Shown here: in pieces, positions 10,397 to 23,630 of the stretch
Position numbering within the stretch: position 1 is the first letter of the stretch
How the letters are laid out: every line of letters begins with the position of its first letter
Assembly: GCF_024502345.1 (NCBI RefSeq)
Contig: NZ_JALDNN010000001.1
DNA from: Escherichia coli
Lineage (GTDB): Bacteria > Pseudomonadota > Gammaproteobacteria > Enterobacterales > Enterobacteriaceae
Strand: one strand, 5' to 3'
DNA: 64,000 bases
Made by a program: the position numbers and the translations under genes
The notes under the pieces: model-generated
Told to the model about the DNA's origin: nothing
The model's database searches: none
Seen by the model: only the letters and a program-made list of their open reading frames with translations

Positions 10397-10422
10397 AGCC
10401 CTCTCAACCGAGAGGGCTTTTT
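10397..10422 (+). terminator. lysP rho-independent terminator
   Basis: agccctctc-aacc-gagagggct followed by a T-run (ttttt). Confidence 0.8.
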
Positions 10423-10474
10423 CAATTCCATTTCCCTGACAAATCATGCGGATATAAAATTTAACATTTGGATT

Positions 10475-10493
10475 GATAATTGTTATCGTTTGC
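10475..10493. promoter_or_regulatory. Fur box in the cirA promoter
   Basis: gataattgttatcgtttgc resembles the Fur consensus GATAATGATAATCATTATC. It lies about 180 bp upstream of the cirA start. cirA is a known Fur-regulated gene. Confidence 0.7.
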
Positions 10494-10669
10494 ATTATCG
10501 TTACGCCGCAATCAAAAAAGGCTGACAAATCAGGGGCTGTTCCGGCTTTCTGGGATGATCACCTGCATAAAAAATAAGTCCACCGCGATGCTGCCGTACG
10601 CAAGGGGACGTGAAGAAGATGTGAGCGATAACCCATTTTATTTTCGTAGTTACCTCATGGAGATATGGA

Positions 10670-12649
10670 ATGTTTAGGTTGAACCCTTTCGTACGGGTCG
10701 GGCTGTGTTTGTCCGCTATTTCTTGTGCATGGCCTGTGTTAGCGGTCGATGATGATGGCGAAACGATGGTTGTCACTGCATCTTCCGTTGAACAAAACCT
10801 TAAAGATGCACCCGCCAGTATCAGCGTCATTACCCAGGAAGACCTGCAGCGAAAACCGGTACAGAATCTGAAGGATGTCCTCAAAGAAGTGCCTGGCGTA
10901 CAACTGACGAACGAAGGGGATAACCGTAAGGGCGTTAGTATTCGTGGTCTGGACAGCAGCTACACCCTGATTCTTGTCGACGGTAAACGCGTTAACTCCC
11001 GCAATGCCGTCTTCCGCCACAATGATTTCGATCTGAACTGGATCCCGGTCGATTCCATCGAACGTATTGAAGTGGTCCGTGGCCCGATGTCGTCGCTGTA
11101 CGGTTCCGATGCGCTCGGCGGTGTAGTGAATATCATCACCAAAAAAATCGGTCAGAAATGGTCGGGTACCGTTACCGTCGATACCACCATTCAGGAACAT
11201 CGCGATCGCGGTGATACCTATAACGGTCAGTTCTTTACCAGCGGACCATTAATTGACGGTGTGCTAGGAATGAAAGCTTACGGCAGCCTGGCAAAACGTG
11301 AAAAGGATGACCCGCAAAACTCAACGACCACCGATACTGGAGAAACGCCGCGTATTGAAGGATTCTCCAGCCGCGACGGCAATGTCGAATTTGCCTGGAC
11401 ACCGAATCAAAATCACGATTTTACTGCCGGATACGGTTTCGACCGTCAGGATCGTGATTCCGACTCGCTGGACAAAAACCGCCTGGAACGCCAGAACTAC
11501 TCCGTCAGCCATAATGGGCGTTGGGATTACGGCACCAGCGAACTGAAATACTACGGTGAGAAAGTCGAGAACAAAAACCCTGGCAACAGCAGCCCGATAA
11601 CTTCCGAAAGCAATACGGTCGACGGCAAATACACGTTGCCGCTGACGGCGATTAATCAGTTTCTCACGGTTGGCGGTGAATGGCGTCACGACAAACTTAG
11701 CGATGCGGTGAACCTGACCGGGGGAACCAGCTCCAAAACGTCTGCCAGCCAGTACGCGCTGTTTGTGGAAGATGAATGGCGGATCTTCGAGCCGCTGGCG
11801 CTGACGACCGGCGTGCGTATGGACGATCACGAAACCTACGGTGAACACTGGAGTCCGCGTGCCTACCTGGTTTATAACGCCACCGACACCGTAACGGTGA
11901 AAGGGGGCTGGGCGACGGCATTTAAAGCACCTTCTCTGTTGCAACTTAGCCCTGACTGGACGAGCAATTCCTGCCGTGGCGCATGTAAGATTGTGGGTAG
12001 CCCGGATCTGAAACCAGAAACCAGCGAAAGTTGGGAGCTGGGGCTTTACTACATGGGTGAAGAAGGCTGGCTGGAAGGGGTTGAATCCAGCGTTACCGTT
12101 TTCCGTAACGATGTGAAAGATCGTATCAGCATCAGCCGTACGTCTGACGTCAATGCTGCACCGGGCTACCAAAACTTTGTTGGTTTTACAGCGAACGGTG
12201 TGCCGGTATTTAGCTACTACAACGTTAACAAAGCACGTATTCAGGGCGTGGAAACCGAGCTGAAAATTCCGTTCAACGATGAATGGAAACTGTCACTCAA
12301 CTACACCTACAACGATGGTCGTGATGTCAGCAACGGCGAAAACAAACCGCTATCCGATCTGCCGTTCCATACCGCTAACGGTACGCTGGACTGGAAACCG
12401 CTGGCGCTGGAAGACTGGTCATTCTATGTTTCTGGTCACTATACCGGGCAGAAACGAGCCGACAGCGCGACGGCTAAAACACCGGGCGGTTATACCATCT
12501 GGAATACCGGCGCGGCCTGGCAGGTGACTAAAGACGTCAAACTGCGCGCAGGCGTGCTGAACCTTGGCGACAAGGATCTCAGTCGTGACGACTACAGCTA
12601 TAACGAAGACGGACGTCGTTACTTTATGGCAGTGGATTATCGCTTCTGA
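10670..12649 (+). CDS. cirA: TonB-dependent catecholate siderophore / colicin Ia-Ib receptor
   Basis: 659-aa ORF with a signal peptide (…SCAWPVLA), TonB box (ETMVVTA) and terminal aromatic ...AVDYRF. Recognised as CirA. Confidence 0.95.
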   Translation: MFRLNPFVRVGLCLSAISCAWPVLAVDDDGETMVVTASSVEQNLKDAPASISVITQEDLQRKPVQNLKDVLKEVPGVQLTNEGDNRKGVSIRGLDSSYTLILVDGKRVNSRNAVFRHNDFDLNWIPVDSIERIEVVRGPMSSLYGSDALGGVVNIITKKIGQKWSGTVTVDTTIQEHRDRGDTYNGQFFTSGPLIDGVLGMKAYGSLAKREKDDPQNSTTTDTGETPRIEGFSSRDGNVEFAWTPNQNHDFTAGYGFDRQDRDSDSLDKNRLERQNYSVSHNGRWDYGTSELKYYGEKVENKNPGNSSPITSESNTVDGKYTLPLTAINQFLTVGGEWRHDKLSDAVNLTGGTSSKTSASQYALFVEDEWRIFEPLALTTGVRMDDHETYGEHWSPRAYLVYNATDTVTVKGGWATAFKAPSLLQLSPDWTSNSCRGACKIVGSPDLKPETSESWELGLYYMGEEGWLEGVESSVTVFRNDVKDRISISRTSDVNAAPGYQNFVGFTANGVPVFSYYNVNKARIQGVETELKIPFNDEWKLSLNYTYNDGRDVSNGENKPLSDLPFHTANGTLDWKPLALEDWSFYVSGHYTGQKRADSATAKTPGGYTIWNTGAAWQVTKDVKLRAGVLNLGDKDLSRDDYSYNEDGRRYFMAVDYRF

Positions 12650-12658
12650 TAAGAAGAT

Positions 12659-12674
12659 GCCCGGCGAACCGGGC
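12659..12674. terminator. Bidirectional hairpin between convergent cirA and yeiG
   Basis: GCCCGG-cgaa-CCGGGC between the two stop codons. Confidence 0.5.
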
Positions 12675-12680
12675 GGACTT

Positions 12681-13550
<870 letters not shown>

Positions 13551-13774
13551 TCATCATACCGTTTATTCAGTGTGCTGTGAGTAACTTTCACTTCCGTATT
13601 TGCATAACGATGTTTTAACATCTGCTGATGAAAGGCAGCGGCAATTACAATAATTATCGCTGTGAATACTGGATTATGTGCGCCGCCTCACGCACAATAA
13701 TCAGGCTGTAAATCAGCTTAATAACTTTGCCCCCACGCAGGGCGGAGGCGTCACACCTGCAGGAGAAATCATAA

Positions 13775-14443
13775 ATGCCATCACTCAGTAAAGAAGCGGC
13801 CCTGGTTCATGAAGCGTTAGTTGCGCGAGGACTGGAAACACCGCTGCGCCCGCCCGTGCATGAAATGGATAACGAAACGCGCAAAAGCCTTATTGCTGGT
13901 CATATGACCGAAATCATGCAGCTGCTGAATCTCGACCTGGCTGATGACAGTTTGATGGAAACACCGCATCGCATCGCTAAAATGTATGTCGATGAAATTT
14001 TCTCCGGTCTGGATTACGCCAACTTCCCGAAAATCACCCTCATTGAAAACAAAATGAAGGTCGATGAAATGGTCACCGTGCGCGATATCACTCTGACCAG
14101 TACCTGTGAACACCATTTTGTTACCATCGATGGCAAAGCGACGGTGGCTTATATCCCGAAAGATTCGGTGATCGGTCTGTCAAAAATTAACCGTATTGTG
14201 CAGTTCTTTGCCCAGCGTCCGCAGGTGCAGGAACGTCTGACGCAGCAAATTCTCATTGCGCTACAAACGCTGCTGGGCACCAATAACGTGGCTGTCTCTA
14301 TCGACGCGGTGCATTACTGCGTGAAGGCGCGAGGCATCCGCGATGCAACCAGTGCCACGACAACGACCTCTCTTGGTGGATTGTTCAAATCCAGTCAGAA
14401 TACGCGCCACGAGTTTCTGCGCGCTGTGCGTCATCACAACTGA
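13775..14443 (+). CDS. folE: GTP cyclohydrolase I
   Basis: 222-aa [27 protein letters not shown]..., recognised as FolE. Contains the CEHH zinc-site motif (STCEHHF). Confidence 0.97.
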
Positions 14444-14459
14444 TTAAAAGGCAGGAACC

Positions 14460-15617
14460 ATGGAGCGCAACGTCACGCTCGATTTTGTTCGCGGCGTCGC
14501 CATTCTGGGGATCCTGCTATTAAACATCAGCGCCTTTGGGCTACCAAAGGCGGCTTATCTTAATCCCGCCTGGTACGGCGCTATTACGCCGCAGGATGCA
14601 TGGACCTGGGCATTTCTCGATCTCATCGGCCAGGTGAAATTCCTCACGCTTTTTGCGCTGCTGTTTGGTGCTGGCCTGCAAATGTTGCTGCCCCGTGGCA
14701 GACGCTGGATCCAGTCGCGGTTAACGCTGTTAGTCTTGCTGGGCTTTATTCACGGTTTATTGTTCTGGGACGGCGATATTCTGCTGGCTTACGGGCTGGT
14801 GGGCTTAATCTGCTGGCGGCTGGTGCGCGATGCGCCATCGGTAAAAAGCCTGTTTAATACCGGCGTCATGCTTTATCTGGTGGGGCTTGGCGTTTTGCTG
14901 TTATTGGGGTTGATTTCCGATAGCCAGACCAGCCGCGCCTGGACGCCGGATGCATCGGCTATTTTGTATGAAAAATACTGGAAGCTTCACGGCGGCGTTG
15001 AAGCGATCAGTAATCGTGCCGATGGTGTTGGCAACAGTTTACTGGCACTGGGCGCACAGTATGGCTGGCAACTGGCAGGGATGATGCTCATTGGTGCGGC
15101 GCTGATGCGCAGCGGCTGGCTGAAAGGGCAGTTCAGCTTACGTCACTATCGTCGTACTGGTTTTGTGCTGGCGGCGATTGGGGTGACCATTAACCTTCCT
15201 GCCATCGCCCTGCAATGGCAGCTGGACTGGGCGTATCGCTGGTGTGCCTTCTTACTTCAAATGCCGCGGGAACTGAGTGCGCCGTTTCAGGCGATTGGCT
15301 ATGCGTCGCTTTTTTATGGTTTCTGGCCGCAATTGAGCCGCTTTAAGCTGGTGCTTGCGATCGCCTGCGTCGGACGGATGGCGCTGACCAACTATCTATT
15401 GCAAACGCTGATTTGTACCACGCTTTTTTACCACCTCGGTTTGTTTATGCATTTTGACCGCCTGGAGCTGCTGGCGTTTGTTATTCCGGTATGGCTGGCG
15501 AATATCCTCTTCTCTGTTATCTGGCTGCGTTACTTCCGCCAGGGGCCGGTGGAATGGCTCTGGCGTCAGTTAACTTTGCGTGCTGCCGGACCGGCAATAT
15601 CTAAAACATCAAGATAA
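14460..15617 (+). CDS. yeiB: DUF418-family inner membrane protein
   Basis: 385-aa polytopic ORF 16 nt downstream of folE, as in K-12. Confidence 0.88.
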   Translation: MERNVTLDFVRGVAILGILLLNISAFGLPKAAYLNPAWYGAITPQDAWTWAFLDLIGQVKFLTLFALLFGAGLQMLLPRGRRWIQSRLTLLVLLGFIHGLLFWDGDILLAYGLVGLICWRLVRDAPSVKSLFNTGVMLYLVGLGVLLLLGLISDSQTSRAWTPDASAILYEKYWKLHGGVEAISNRADGVGNSLLALGAQYGWQLAGMMLIGAALMRSGWLKGQFSLRHYRRTGFVLAAIGVTINLPAIALQWQLDWAYRWCAFLLQMPRELSAPFQAIGYASLFYGFWPQLSRFKLVLAIACVGRMALTNYLLQTLICTTLFYHLGLFMHFDRLELLAFVIPVWLANILFSVIWLRYFRQGPVEWLWRQLTLRAAGPAISKTSR

Positions 15618-15640
15618 CGATCTGGATCACATTCGTTAAC

Positions 15641-15682
15641 AAAACGGCTGTAACCGTTTCCATTGCTGTGACTCGATTCACG
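15641..15682. promoter_or_regulatory. galS control region: GalR/GalS-type operator-like dyad plus CRP core
   Basis: AAACGGctgtaaCCGTTT / TGTAACCGTTTCCA (15649-15662), followed by TGTGA-ctcgat-TCACG (15667-15682). Confidence 0.5.
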
Positions 15683-15758
15683 AAGTCCTGTATTCAGTGC
15701 TGACAAAATAGCCGGCAGCAAGCAGTCATTTACTGCAATCTCATAACAGGTAGTGAAT

Positions 15759-16799
15759 ATGATCACCATTCGTGATGTAGCGCGTCAGGCTGGCGTCTCT
15801 GTGGCAACGGTTTCCCGGGTGCTCAATAACAGCACGCTGGTCAGTGCCGACACGCGTGAAGCAGTAATGAAAGCCGTGAGTGAGCTGGATTATCGGCCAA
15901 ACGCCAATGCCCAGGCGCTGGCAACTCAGGTTAGCGACACCATTGGCGTGGTGGTGATGGACGTTTCTGATGCGTTTTTCGGCGCGCTGATAAAAGCGGT
16001 GGATCTGGTCGCTCAGCAGCATCAGAAATACGTGCTAATCGGCAATAGCTATCATGAAGCGGAAAAAGAGCGTCACGCCATTGAGGTGTTAATTCGCCAG
16101 CGTTGTAATGCGTTGATTGTTCACTCAAAAGCATTGAGTGACGATGAACTGGCGCAATTTATGGATAACATTCCCGGTATGGTGTTAATCAACCGCGTTG
16201 TGCCGGGGTTCGCCCATCGTTGCGTTTGCCTGGATAATCTCAGCGGTGCCCGAATGGCGACGCGCATGTTGCTGAATAACGGTCATCAACGTATTGGTTA
16301 TCTTTCTTCCAGTCACGGCATTGAAGATGACGCCATGCGTAAAGCAGGCTGGATGAGTGCGTTGAAAGAGCAGGATATTATTCCGCCGGAAAGCTGGATT
16401 GGCACTGGCACGCCGGACATGCCGGGCGGTGAGGCGGCGATGGTTGAACTGCTGGGGCGCAATCTACAACTTACCGCTGTATTTGCTTATAACGACAATA
16501 TGGCTGCTGGCGCACTGACAGCATTAAAAGATAATGGCATTGCGATTCCGTTACATCTCTCAATCATCGGTTTCGATGATATTCCCATCGCCCGTTACAC
16601 CGACCCGCAATTAACGACCGTGCGTTATCCCATTGCTTCAATGGCTAAATTAGCCACCGAACTGGCCTTGCAGGGGGCAGCAGGCAATATTGATCCTCGT
16701 GCCAGCCACTGTTTTATGCCGACGTTAGTGCGTCGCCATTCTGTCGCAACGCGCCAGAATGCGGCGGCGATCACTAACTCAACAAATCAGGCGATGTAA
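15759..16799 (+). CDS. galS: GalR/LacI-family galactose isorepressor
   Basis: ORF track starts 6 nt earlier. Trimmed to [24 protein letters not shown], giving 346 aa as remembered for GalS. Confidence 0.93.
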   Translation: MITIRDVARQAGVSVATVSRVLNNSTLVSADTREAVMKAVSELDYRPNANAQALATQVSDTIGVVVMDVSDAFFGALIKAVDLVAQQHQKYVLIGNSYHEAEKERHAIEVLIRQRCNALIVHSKALSDDELAQFMDNIPGMVLINRVVPGFAHRCVCLDNLSGARMATRMLLNNGHQRIGYLSSSHGIEDDAMRKAGWMSALKEQDIIPPESWIGTGTPDMPGGEAAMVELLGRNLQLTAVFAYNDNMAAGALTALKDNGIAIPLHLSIIGFDDIPIARYTDPQLTTVRYPIASMAKLATELALQGAAGNIDPRASHCFMPTLVRRHSVATRQNAAAITNSTNQAM

Positions 16800-16827
16800 C
16801 CGCTTTCAATCTGTGAGTGATTTCACA
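16795..16827. promoter_or_regulatory. mglBAC control region: operator-like TGTAACCGCTTTCA plus perfect CRP core
   Basis: TGTAACCGCTTTCA (16795-16808) overlaps the galS stop codon. TGTGA-gtgatt-TCACA (16812-16827) matches the CRP core 10/10. Confidence 0.6.
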
Positions 16828-17078
16828 GTATCTTAACAATGTGATAGCTATGATTGCACCGTTTTAACGTTGTAACCCGTATGTAACAGTGAATAATCAC
16901 TTTCACCGAGGTAATAGCGTCATAACAACAATTAAAGCCGTTTTCTGGAGCGTTACCGGGCATGGAAGAACGAATTTTAAAAAGTGAGCTTCGGCGTTCA
17001 GTAACACTTCATTAACTCTACTGCCCCGCCGAGCATTTATCTCAAGCACTACCCTGCATAAGAAAAACCGGAGATACC

Positions 17079-18077
17079 ATGAATAAGAAGGTGTTAACCC
17101 TGTCTGCTGTGATGGCCAGCATGTTATTCGGTGCCGCTGCACACGCTGCTGATACTCGCATTGGTGTAACAATCTATAAGTACGACGATAACTTTATGTC
17201 TGTAGTGCGCAAGGCTATTGAGCAAGATGCGAAAGCCGCGCCAGATGTTCAGCTGCTGATGAATGATTCTCAGAATGACCAGTCCAAGCAGAACGATCAG
17301 ATCGACGTATTGCTGGCGAAAGGGGTGAAGGCACTGGCAATCAACCTGGTTGACCCGGCAGCTGCGGGTACGGTGATTGAGAAAGCGCGTGGGCAAAACG
17401 TGCCGGTGGTTTTCTTCAACAAAGAACCGTCTCGTAAGGCGCTGGATAGCTACGACAAAGCCTACTACGTTGGCACTGACTCCAAAGAGTCCGGCATTAT
17501 TCAGGGCGATTTGATTGCTAAACACTGGGCGGCGAATCAGGGTTGGGATCTGAACAAAGACGGTCAGATTCAGTTCGTACTGCTGAAAGGTGAACCGGGC
17601 CATCCGGATGCAGAAGCACGTACCACTTACGTGATTAAAGAATTGAACGATAAAGGCATCAAAACTGAACAGTTACAGTTAGATACCGCAATGTGGGACA
17701 CCGCTCAGGCGAAAGATAAGATGGACGCCTGGCTGTCTGGCCCGAACGCCAACAAAATCGAAGTGGTTATCGCCAACAACGATGCGATGGCAATGGGCGC
17801 GGTAGAAGCACTGAAAGCACACAACAAGTCCAGCATTCCGGTGTTTGGCGTCGATGCGCTGCCAGAAGCGCTGGCGCTGGTGAAATCCGGTGCACTGGCG
17901 GGCACAGTACTGAACGATGCTAACAACCAGGCGAAAGCGACCTTTGATCTGGCGAAAAACCTGGCCGATGGCAAAGGTGCGGCTGATGGCACCAACTGGA
18001 AAATCGACAACAAAGTGGTCCGCGTACCTTATGTTGGCGTAGATAAAGACAACCTGGCTGAATTCAGCAAGAAATAA
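17079..18077 (+). CDS. mglB: Periplasmic D-galactose/D-glucose-binding protein
   Basis: 332-aa [40 protein letters not shown], recognised as MglB. Confidence 0.97.
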   Translation: MNKKVLTLSAVMASMLFGAAAHAADTRIGVTIYKYDDNFMSVVRKAIEQDAKAAPDVQLLMNDSQNDQSKQNDQIDVLLAKGVKALAINLVDPAAAGTVIEKARGQNVPVVFFNKEPSRKALDSYDKAYYVGTDSKESGIIQGDLIAKHWAANQGWDLNKDGQIQFVLLKGEPGHPDAEARTTYVIKELNDKGIKTEQLQLDTAMWDTAQAKDKMDAWLSGPNANKIEVVIANNDAMAMGAVEALKAHNKSSIPVFGVDALPEALALVKSGALAGTVLNDANNQAKATFDLAKNLADGKGAADGTNWKIDNKVVRVPYVGVDKDNLAEFSKK

Positions 18078-18085
18078 GACTGATT

Positions 18086-18108
18086 GGGCGCAGTCGTTTA
18101 CTGCGCCC
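18086..18108 (+). terminator. Intercistronic mglB-mglA hairpin (attenuator/stabiliser)
   Basis: gggcgcagt-cgttt-actgcgccc followed by ttatt. Confidence 0.5.
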
Positions 18109-18137
18109 TTATTGTATGGCCAACAAGGTAAAATTAT

Positions 18138-19658
18138 ATGGTCAGCTCAACGACTCCGTCTTCCGGGGAATACTTGTTGGAAATGAGCGGTATCAACAAG
18201 TCCTTTCCTGGTGTTAAGGCACTTGATAACGTTAATTTAAAAGTCCGGCCACATTCTATCCATGCATTAATGGGGGAAAACGGTGCAGGAAAATCGACAT
18301 TATTAAAATGCCTGTTTGGTATTTATCAAAAAGACTCCGGCACCATTTTATTCCAGGGTAAAGAGATCGATTTCCATTCCGCCAAAGAGGCACTGGAAAA
18401 TGGTATTTCGATGGTACACCAGGAGTTAAACCTGGTATTACAACGTTCGGTGATGGATAACATGTGGCTGGGGCGATATCCCACCAAAGGCATGTTTGTC
18501 GATCAGGACAAAATGTACCGCGAAACCAAAGCGATTTTTGATGAACTGGATATTGATATCGATCCGCGTGCGCGCGTCGGCACATTATCCGTTTCGCAAA
18601 TGCAGATGATCGAAATCGCAAAAGCGTTTTCCTATAACGCGAAAATTGTGATTATGGATGAACCGACTTCTTCGTTAACCGAAAAAGAGGTCAATCATCT
18701 GTTCACTATTATTCGTAAATTAAAAGAGCGCGGCTGCGGTATTGTTTATATCTCGCATAAAATGGAAGAAATCTTCCAGTTATGTGATGAAGTTACCGTA
18801 TTGCGCGACGGTCAGTGGATCGCCACCGAACCGCTGGCAGGACTGACGATGGACAAGATCATCGCCATGATGGTTGGGCGTTCTCTTAACCAGCGTTTCC
18901 CTGACAAAGAAAACAAGCCGGGCGAAGTCATCCTCGAGGTGCGTAACCTGACGTCACTGCGCCAGCCGTCGATCCGTGATGTCTCGTTTGATCTGCATAA
19001 AGGGGAGATCCTCGGTATTGCCGGTCTGGTGGGGGCGAAACGTACCGATATTGTTGAGACGTTATTTGGTATTCGCGAGAAATCGGCTGGCACCATTACG
19101 TTGCACGGCAAAAAGATCAATAACCATAATGCCAACGAAGCCATAAACCACGGATTTGCACTGGTAACTGAGGAGCGCCGCTCAACGGGGATTTATGCCT
19201 ATCTGGATATTGGTTTTAACTCGTTAATTTCCAATATTCGCAACTACAAAAATAAAGTTGGTTTACTGGATAACTCGCGGATGAAAAGCGATACCCAGTG
19301 GGTGATTGATTCGATGCGGGTAAAAACACCGGGGCATCGGACGCAAATTGGTTCGCTCTCCGGTGGTAATCAGCAAAAGGTGATTATTGGGCGCTGGCTA
19401 CTAACGCAACCGGAAATATTAATGCTCGATGAACCGACGCGCGGTATTGATGTCGGGGCGAAGTTTGAGATCTATCAGTTAATTGCCGAACTGGCGAAGA
19501 AAGGCAAGGGGATTATTATTATCTCCTCTGAAATGCCTGAGTTGTTAGGGATAACAGACCGTATTCTGGTCATGAGCAATGGTCTCGTTTCCGGAATTGT
19601 CGATACAAAAACAACAACGCAAAACGAAATTCTGCGTCTTGCGTCTTTGCACCTTTAA
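18138..19658 (+). CDS. mglA: Galactose/methyl-galactoside ABC transporter ATP-binding protein
   Basis: 506-aa ORF with duplicated ABC domains (GENGAGKST; LSGGNQQK). Confidence 0.96.
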   Translation: MVSSTTPSSGEYLLEMSGINKSFPGVKALDNVNLKVRPHSIHALMGENGAGKSTLLKCLFGIYQKDSGTILFQGKEIDFHSAKEALENGISMVHQELNLVLQRSVMDNMWLGRYPTKGMFVDQDKMYRETKAIFDELDIDIDPRARVGTLSVSQMQMIEIAKAFSYNAKIVIMDEPTSSLTEKEVNHLFTIIRKLKERGCGIVYISHKMEEIFQLCDEVTVLRDGQWIATEPLAGLTMDKIIAMMVGRSLNQRFPDKENKPGEVILEVRNLTSLRQPSIRDVSFDLHKGEILGIAGLVGAKRTDIVETLFGIREKSAGTITLHGKKINNHNANEAINHGFALVTEERRSTGIYAYLDIGFNSLISNIRNYKNKVGLLDNSRMKSDTQWVIDSMRVKTPGHRTQIGSLSGGNQQKVIIGRWLLTQPEILMLDEPTRGIDVGAKFEIYQLIAELAKKGKGIIIISSEMPELLGITDRILVMSNGLVSGIVDTKTTTQNEILRLASLHL

Positions 19659-19673
19659 GATTAGGGGCTTCCC

Positions 19674-20684
19674 ATGAGTGCGTTAAATAAGAAAAGTTTT
19701 CTTACTTACCTGAAAGAGGGCGGTATTTACGTCGTTCTTTTAGTTTTGCTGGCGATTATTATTTTCCAGGACCCAACATTTTTAAGTCTGTTGAACTTAA
19801 GTAATATTCTCACCCAGTCATCGGTGCGTATTATTATCGCGCTCGGCGTGGCAGGGTTAATTGTCACCCAGGGGACCGACCTTTCTGCGGGGCGTCAGGT
19901 AGGGCTGGCGGCAGTGGTGGCAGCGACATTATTGCAGTCCATGGATAACGCCAACAAAGTGTTCCCGGAAATGGCGACGATGCCGATTGCGCTGGTTATT
20001 CTGATTGTCTGTGCCATTGGTGCGGTGATCGGTTTGATCAACGGTCTGATTATCGCTTATCTCAACGTGACGCCGTTCATTACCACGCTCGGCACGATGA
20101 TCATCGTCTATGGCATCAACTCGCTCTATTACGACTTTGTCGGGGCGTCGCCAATTTCTGGATTTGACAGTGGCTTCTCTACCTTTGCTCAGGGCTTTGT
20201 CGCGCTGGGGAGTTTCCGTCTCTCTTACATCACCTTCTACGCGTTGATTGCGGTGGCGTTCGTCTGGGTGTTGTGGAACAAAACCCGCTTCGGTAAGAAC
20301 ATTTTTGCTATTGGCGGTAACCCGGAAGCGGCAAAAGTATCTGGTGTCAATGTCGGCCTGAACCTGCTGATGATCTACGCGTTGTCTGGTGTGTTCTATG
20401 CCTTCGGCGGGATGTTAGAAGCCGGACGTATCGGCTCTGCCACCAACAACCTCGGCTTTATGTATGAACTGGATGCTATCGCGGCGTGCGTGGTAGGCGG
20501 TGTATCGTTCAGCGGCGGTGTGGGGACGGTGATTGGCGTGGTGACCGGGGTAATTATTTTTACCGTCATCAACTATGGCCTGACGTATATCGGCGTAAAC
20601 CCATACTGGCAGTACATCATCAAAGGGGCGATTATTATCTTCGCCGTAGCGCTGGATTCACTGAAATACGCGCGTAAGAAGTGA
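19674..20684 (+). CDS. mglC: Galactose/methyl-galactoside ABC transporter permease
   Basis: 336-aa polytopic ORF completing the mglBAC operon. Confidence 0.95.
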   Translation: MSALNKKSFLTYLKEGGIYVVLLVLLAIIIFQDPTFLSLLNLSNILTQSSVRIIIALGVAGLIVTQGTDLSAGRQVGLAAVVAATLLQSMDNANKVFPEMATMPIALVILIVCAIGAVIGLINGLIIAYLNVTPFITTLGTMIIVYGINSLYYDFVGASPISGFDSGFSTFAQGFVALGSFRLSYITFYALIAVAFVWVLWNKTRFGKNIFAIGGNPEAAKVSGVNVGLNLLMIYALSGVFYAFGGMLEAGRIGSATNNLGFMYELDAIAACVVGGVSFSGGVGTVIGVVTGVIIFTVINYGLTYIGVNPYWQYIIKGAIIIFAVALDSLKYARKK

Positions 20685-20742
20685 TGTGATTGTGGTCCGC
20701 ATTCGGTCATAAACGCACATAACATCATGATCTGTGTGGTTT

Positions 20743-20920
20743 TGTAGGCCGGATAAGGCGTTCACGCCGCATCCGGCGACAGGAGCCAAATGCCGGATGC
20801 AACGCTGGCGCGTTTTATCCGGCCTACAATGAGTTCAACATACTGATTTGTATGGTTTTGTAGGCCGGATAAGGCGTTCAAGCCGCATCCGGCGACAGGA
20901 ACTAAATGCCGGATGCGTCT
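20743..20920. repeat. BIME: cluster of about four REP units in alternating orientation
   Basis: tgtaggccggataaggcgttcacgccgcatccggcgacagg occurs twice (20743-, 20858-), with inverted partners gccggatgcaacgctggcgcgttttatccggcctaca and atgccggatgcg. The whole unit of about 115 bp is tandemly duplicated. Confidence 0.85.
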
Positions 20921-20926
20921 CTGGTT

Positions 20927-22162
20927 TTACAACGTTACCGGGTGTTCTTTCTCGCCTTTCTTAAACTTCACTTCCCCGAGCTCAATACAACCCACCGGGC
21001 AGACGTGACCACAAAGCAGACAACCCACACATTTCTCGGTATTACAATGCGGTGTGCGGGTTTTCTCGCTCCATTCCATCGCCTGGTGACCGCCGTCGTA
21101 ACAGGAAATATAACAGCGTCCACAGCCAACACATTTATCAAGATTGATACGGGGATAGACAATATAACTGCGGTCTAAATCTTCCGCCGGGACAATATTG
21201 TTATTCGCCAGACCTACCATCTCCTGCAACGAATCAAATCCCTGATCGGCGAGATAATGCGATAACCCGCTCGCCATATCTTCTACGATGCGATAGCCGT
21301 ACTGCATAATGCCGGTGGTGACCTGTAACGTTGCTGCGCCGAGCAATAAAAACTCCGCCGCATCCTCCCAGGTTTCAATGCCGCCGATACCGCTGATTGG
21401 GAAATCGCGCAGTTCTGGATGGGTGCGCATTTGCTGAATGAAGCGCAGGGCGATCGGTTTTACCGCTTTACCGGAATATCCGGAAATACTCGATTTTCCG
21501 TTAACGATCGGCATACCGATTTTCTGATTAAGATCGATATTGGTGATGGATTTAACGGTGTTAATCGCCGCAATGCCATCTGCGCCGCCGCGCTTCGCCG
21601 CCAGCGCCACTTCGCACATATCACCGATATTCGGCGTCATCTTCGCCAGCATTGGCAGCGTGGAACCCCGTTTCACTGCCCGACAATATTTTTCTACCAG
21701 CTCCGGGCTTTGCCCGACATCGCTACCCATCGCATGAGAAGTCATTTGCGGACAGGAGAAGTTACACTCGATCATATCCGCGCCAGCTTCTTGCACCAGG
21801 CGCGCCAGCTCCTCCCATTGCTGCTCATTTTCCCCCATGATCGAAGCGATCAATACTTTGTCCGGGTAATCTTCCTTCAGCCGACGCAGGGCGGCCAGAT
21901 TCTCTTCCAACGGATGTTCAGCAATCTGCTCCATATTTTTGAAGCCGATAAAACCGGTATCTTCTTTCACCAGATGATCAAAACGCGGCGAGACTTCGTT
22001 GGCGATAAAAAAGCCGATCGTTTTAAACACCACACCGCCCCAACCTGTGTCGTAGGCTTTGGCACACATCTCATAGCAGTTGCCTACCGGCGAAGAAGAG
22101 AGGCAGAACGGGTTGGGAAACTTCACGCCGCAAAAAGTAATCGAAAGATCTTTCGTTAACAT
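20927..22162 (-). CDS. preA: NAD-dependent dihydropyrimidine dehydrogenase subunit PreA
   Basis: ORF track 413 aa. Trimmed to [19 protein letters not shown], giving 411 aa. DHOD-like TIM barrel plus C-terminal 2x[4Fe-4S] ferredoxin motifs (CVGCGRC, CVGCLLC). Confidence 0.93.
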   Translation of the reverse strand: MLTKDLSITFCGVKFPNPFCLSSSPVGNCYEMCAKAYDTGWGGVVFKTIGFFIANEVSPRFDHLVKEDTGFIGFKNMEQIAEHPLEENLAALRRLKEDYPDKVLIASIMGENEQQWEELARLVQEAGADMIECNFSCPQMTSHAMGSDVGQSPELVEKYCRAVKRGSTLPMLAKMTPNIGDMCEVALAAKRGGADGIAAINTVKSITNIDLNQKIGMPIVNGKSSISGYSGKAVKPIALRFIQQMRTHPELRDFPISGIGGIETWEDAAEFLLLGAATLQVTTGIMQYGYRIVEDMASGLSHYLADQGFDSLQEMVGLANNNIVPAEDLDRSYIVYPRINLDKCVGCGRCYISCYDGGHQAMEWSEKTRTPHCNTEKCVGCLLCGHVCPVGCIELGEVKFKKGEKEHPVTL

Positions 22163-23394
22163 GAGCAAGCTCCCTCTAAATAGTGATGAATCGCCTCGGC
22201 GGCTTCTTTCCCGGTTTTCACGGCATAGACCACGGTTTTGTCACCCTCAACAATATCGCCCGCAGCAAAGACTTGCGGATCGCGGGTCTGATAATTTTGT
22301 GTATTGATAGTGTTACGCTGCGGCTCTAACTCCGCAAAGGCATCCAGTCTGGCATGCTGACCGACGGCGAGAATAATTTTATCTGCCGCCATCGTCAGTT
22401 CGCCCGGTAACCGTACATGCTTAAACGTGACTTTATTGCCTTCCACGACTACTGGCGTGAATCCATCGATGATCGAAACGCCCAGCTCTTGGGCGCTGGT
22501 AAACTCTTTTTCGCTTGCCGGAAACTCATCTAACTCTTCACGCGCTACGCAAGTTACCGCCTGACAGCCGAGAACTTTCAGCGTGCTGGCTACGTCCATC
22601 GCGACATCACCGCCGCCGATAATTAATGCGCTTTGTGGAATGCTGATATCGCCTTGCGCCTGTCGTACACGTTGCAGGCAGTCGACGGCAATCTCAACGT
22701 CACTATGCTCAAACAGCGGTAGCCCGGAACCGCTTGATAACCCCACGGTGACCAGTACCGCGCGGTTTTCTGCTTTCAGCTGCTCAAGGGTGAGTGTGTT
22801 ACCGACTTCGTTGTTGCACTTAATGGTCACGCCCATTTTTTCAATACGGGCGATCTCTGCATCCAGCACTGATTGCGGTAACCGGAATTGCGGAATACCG
22901 TTACGCAACCAGCCACCGGGGTGCGCTTCTTTCTCATAAATCGTGACGTCATAACCCTGGTTTGTCAGTGTTACACTGGCCTGCAATCCGGCAGGACCTG
23001 CGCCAATAATCGCGACTTTGCCGAGCGTTTTAGTACCGGGCTGATAAATTTCCATCCCAGTTTGTTGTTCAAAATCAGTAACAAAACGCTGTAAGCGACC
23101 GATATCAATGGGAGTATCAACACCGGCACGGGTACAACCGCTTTGACATAATTTCTCCGTCGGGCACACTCTGGCACAAACGGCACCGAGGGCATTATTT
23201 TCGCGAATTGTCTCGGCAGCGCCTTTAAAATTACGAAAGTAGATTGAGCGAATAAATTTCCCCGGATCGGTCTGTGCCGGGCAAGCCTGACTACAGGGAG
23301 CGTCATGACATAATAAACAGCGAGAGGCTTCTTTAATCGCCAGTAAAGGCGTAAAAGCCGGAGTGAGTTCATCCAGATAATTTTGTTGCGGCAT
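22156..23394 (-). CDS. preT: NAD-dependent dihydropyrimidine dehydrogenase subunit PreT
   Basis: 412-aa ORF with N-terminal Cys clusters and a GAGPAG dinucleotide fold. Overlaps the preA start. Confidence 0.93.
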   Translation of the reverse strand: MPQQNYLDELTPAFTPLLAIKEASRCLLCHDAPCSQACPAQTDPGKFIRSIYFRNFKGAAETIRENNALGAVCARVCPTEKLCQSGCTRAGVDTPIDIGRLQRFVTDFEQQTGMEIYQPGTKTLGKVAIIGAGPAGLQASVTLTNQGYDVTIYEKEAHPGGWLRNGIPQFRLPQSVLDAEIARIEKMGVTIKCNNEVGNTLTLEQLKAENRAVLVTVGLSSGSGLPLFEHSDVEIAVDCLQRVRQAQGDISIPQSALIIGGGDVAMDVASTLKVLGCQAVTCVAREELDEFPASEKEFTSAQELGVSIIDGFTPVVVEGNKVTFKHVRLPGELTMAADKIILAVGQHARLDAFAELEPQRNTINTQNYQTRDPQVFAAGDIVEGDKTVVYAVKTGKEAAEAIHHYLEGACSC

Positions 23395-23436
23395 GTGATC
23401 TTCCTTAATGCTATGAGTAATTAAGGCGAACGCTAA

Positions 23437-23564
23437 ATATACTCGTCATACTTCAAGTTGCATGTGCTGCGTCTGCGTTCGCTCACCCCAGTCACTTACT
23501 TATGTAAGCTCCTGGGGACTCACTCACTTGTCGCCTTCCTGCAACTCGAATTATTTAGAGTATA
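23437..23564. repeat. ERIC (IRU) element, full length
   Basis: 128 bp with inverted termini tatactc...gagtata. Its core contains the classic ERIC primer sequences (cgctcaccccagtcacttactt = reverse complement of ERIC2; atgtaagctcctggggactcac resembles ERIC1R). Confidence 0.9.
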
Positions 23565-23611
23565 AATATTGCGTGCTGATATTAAGGCTATGCGCGTGGG
23601 GAAATTTATAC

Positions 23612-23627
23612 TGTGAAAGGATTCACA
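23612..23627. promoter_or_regulatory. Perfect CRP core upstream of preT
   Basis: TGTGA-aaggat-TCACA, 10/10. Lies 218 bp upstream of the preT ATG, with the ERIC element in between. Confidence 0.5.
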
Positions 23628-23630
23628 AAT

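Noticed and set aside
10501-10884. 127-aa minus-strand ORF over the cirA promoter and signal-peptide region.
   Set aside because: It is antisense to the cirA 5' end and Fur box and has no independent support. It is a shadow ORF.
11321-12172. 283-aa ORF antisense to cirA. Similar long antisense ORFs lie at 37571..38563 in bglX, 21419..22159 in preA, 6880..7482 in yeiH, 36902..37507 in bglX and 44066..44545 in btsS.
   Set aside because: Each lies entirely inside a well-recognised gene on the opposite strand. They have Arg/His/Gly-rich, low-complexity composition and no RBS. They are typical shadow ORFs of codon-biased genes.
12170-12215. Possible small indel in a cirA surface loop (...[18 protein letters not shown]...), given 659 aa here versus the about 663 aa I remember for K-12.
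   Set aside because: I cannot reproduce the K-12 loop sequence reliably from memory. Without an alignment this is not supportable.
16860-16890. Extra TGTAAC half-sites (ttgtaacccgtatgtaacag) in the long mglB leader as additional GalS/GalR operators.
   Set aside because: Only hexamer half-sites are present, without the dyad partner at operator spacing. They cannot be distinguished from chance by eye.
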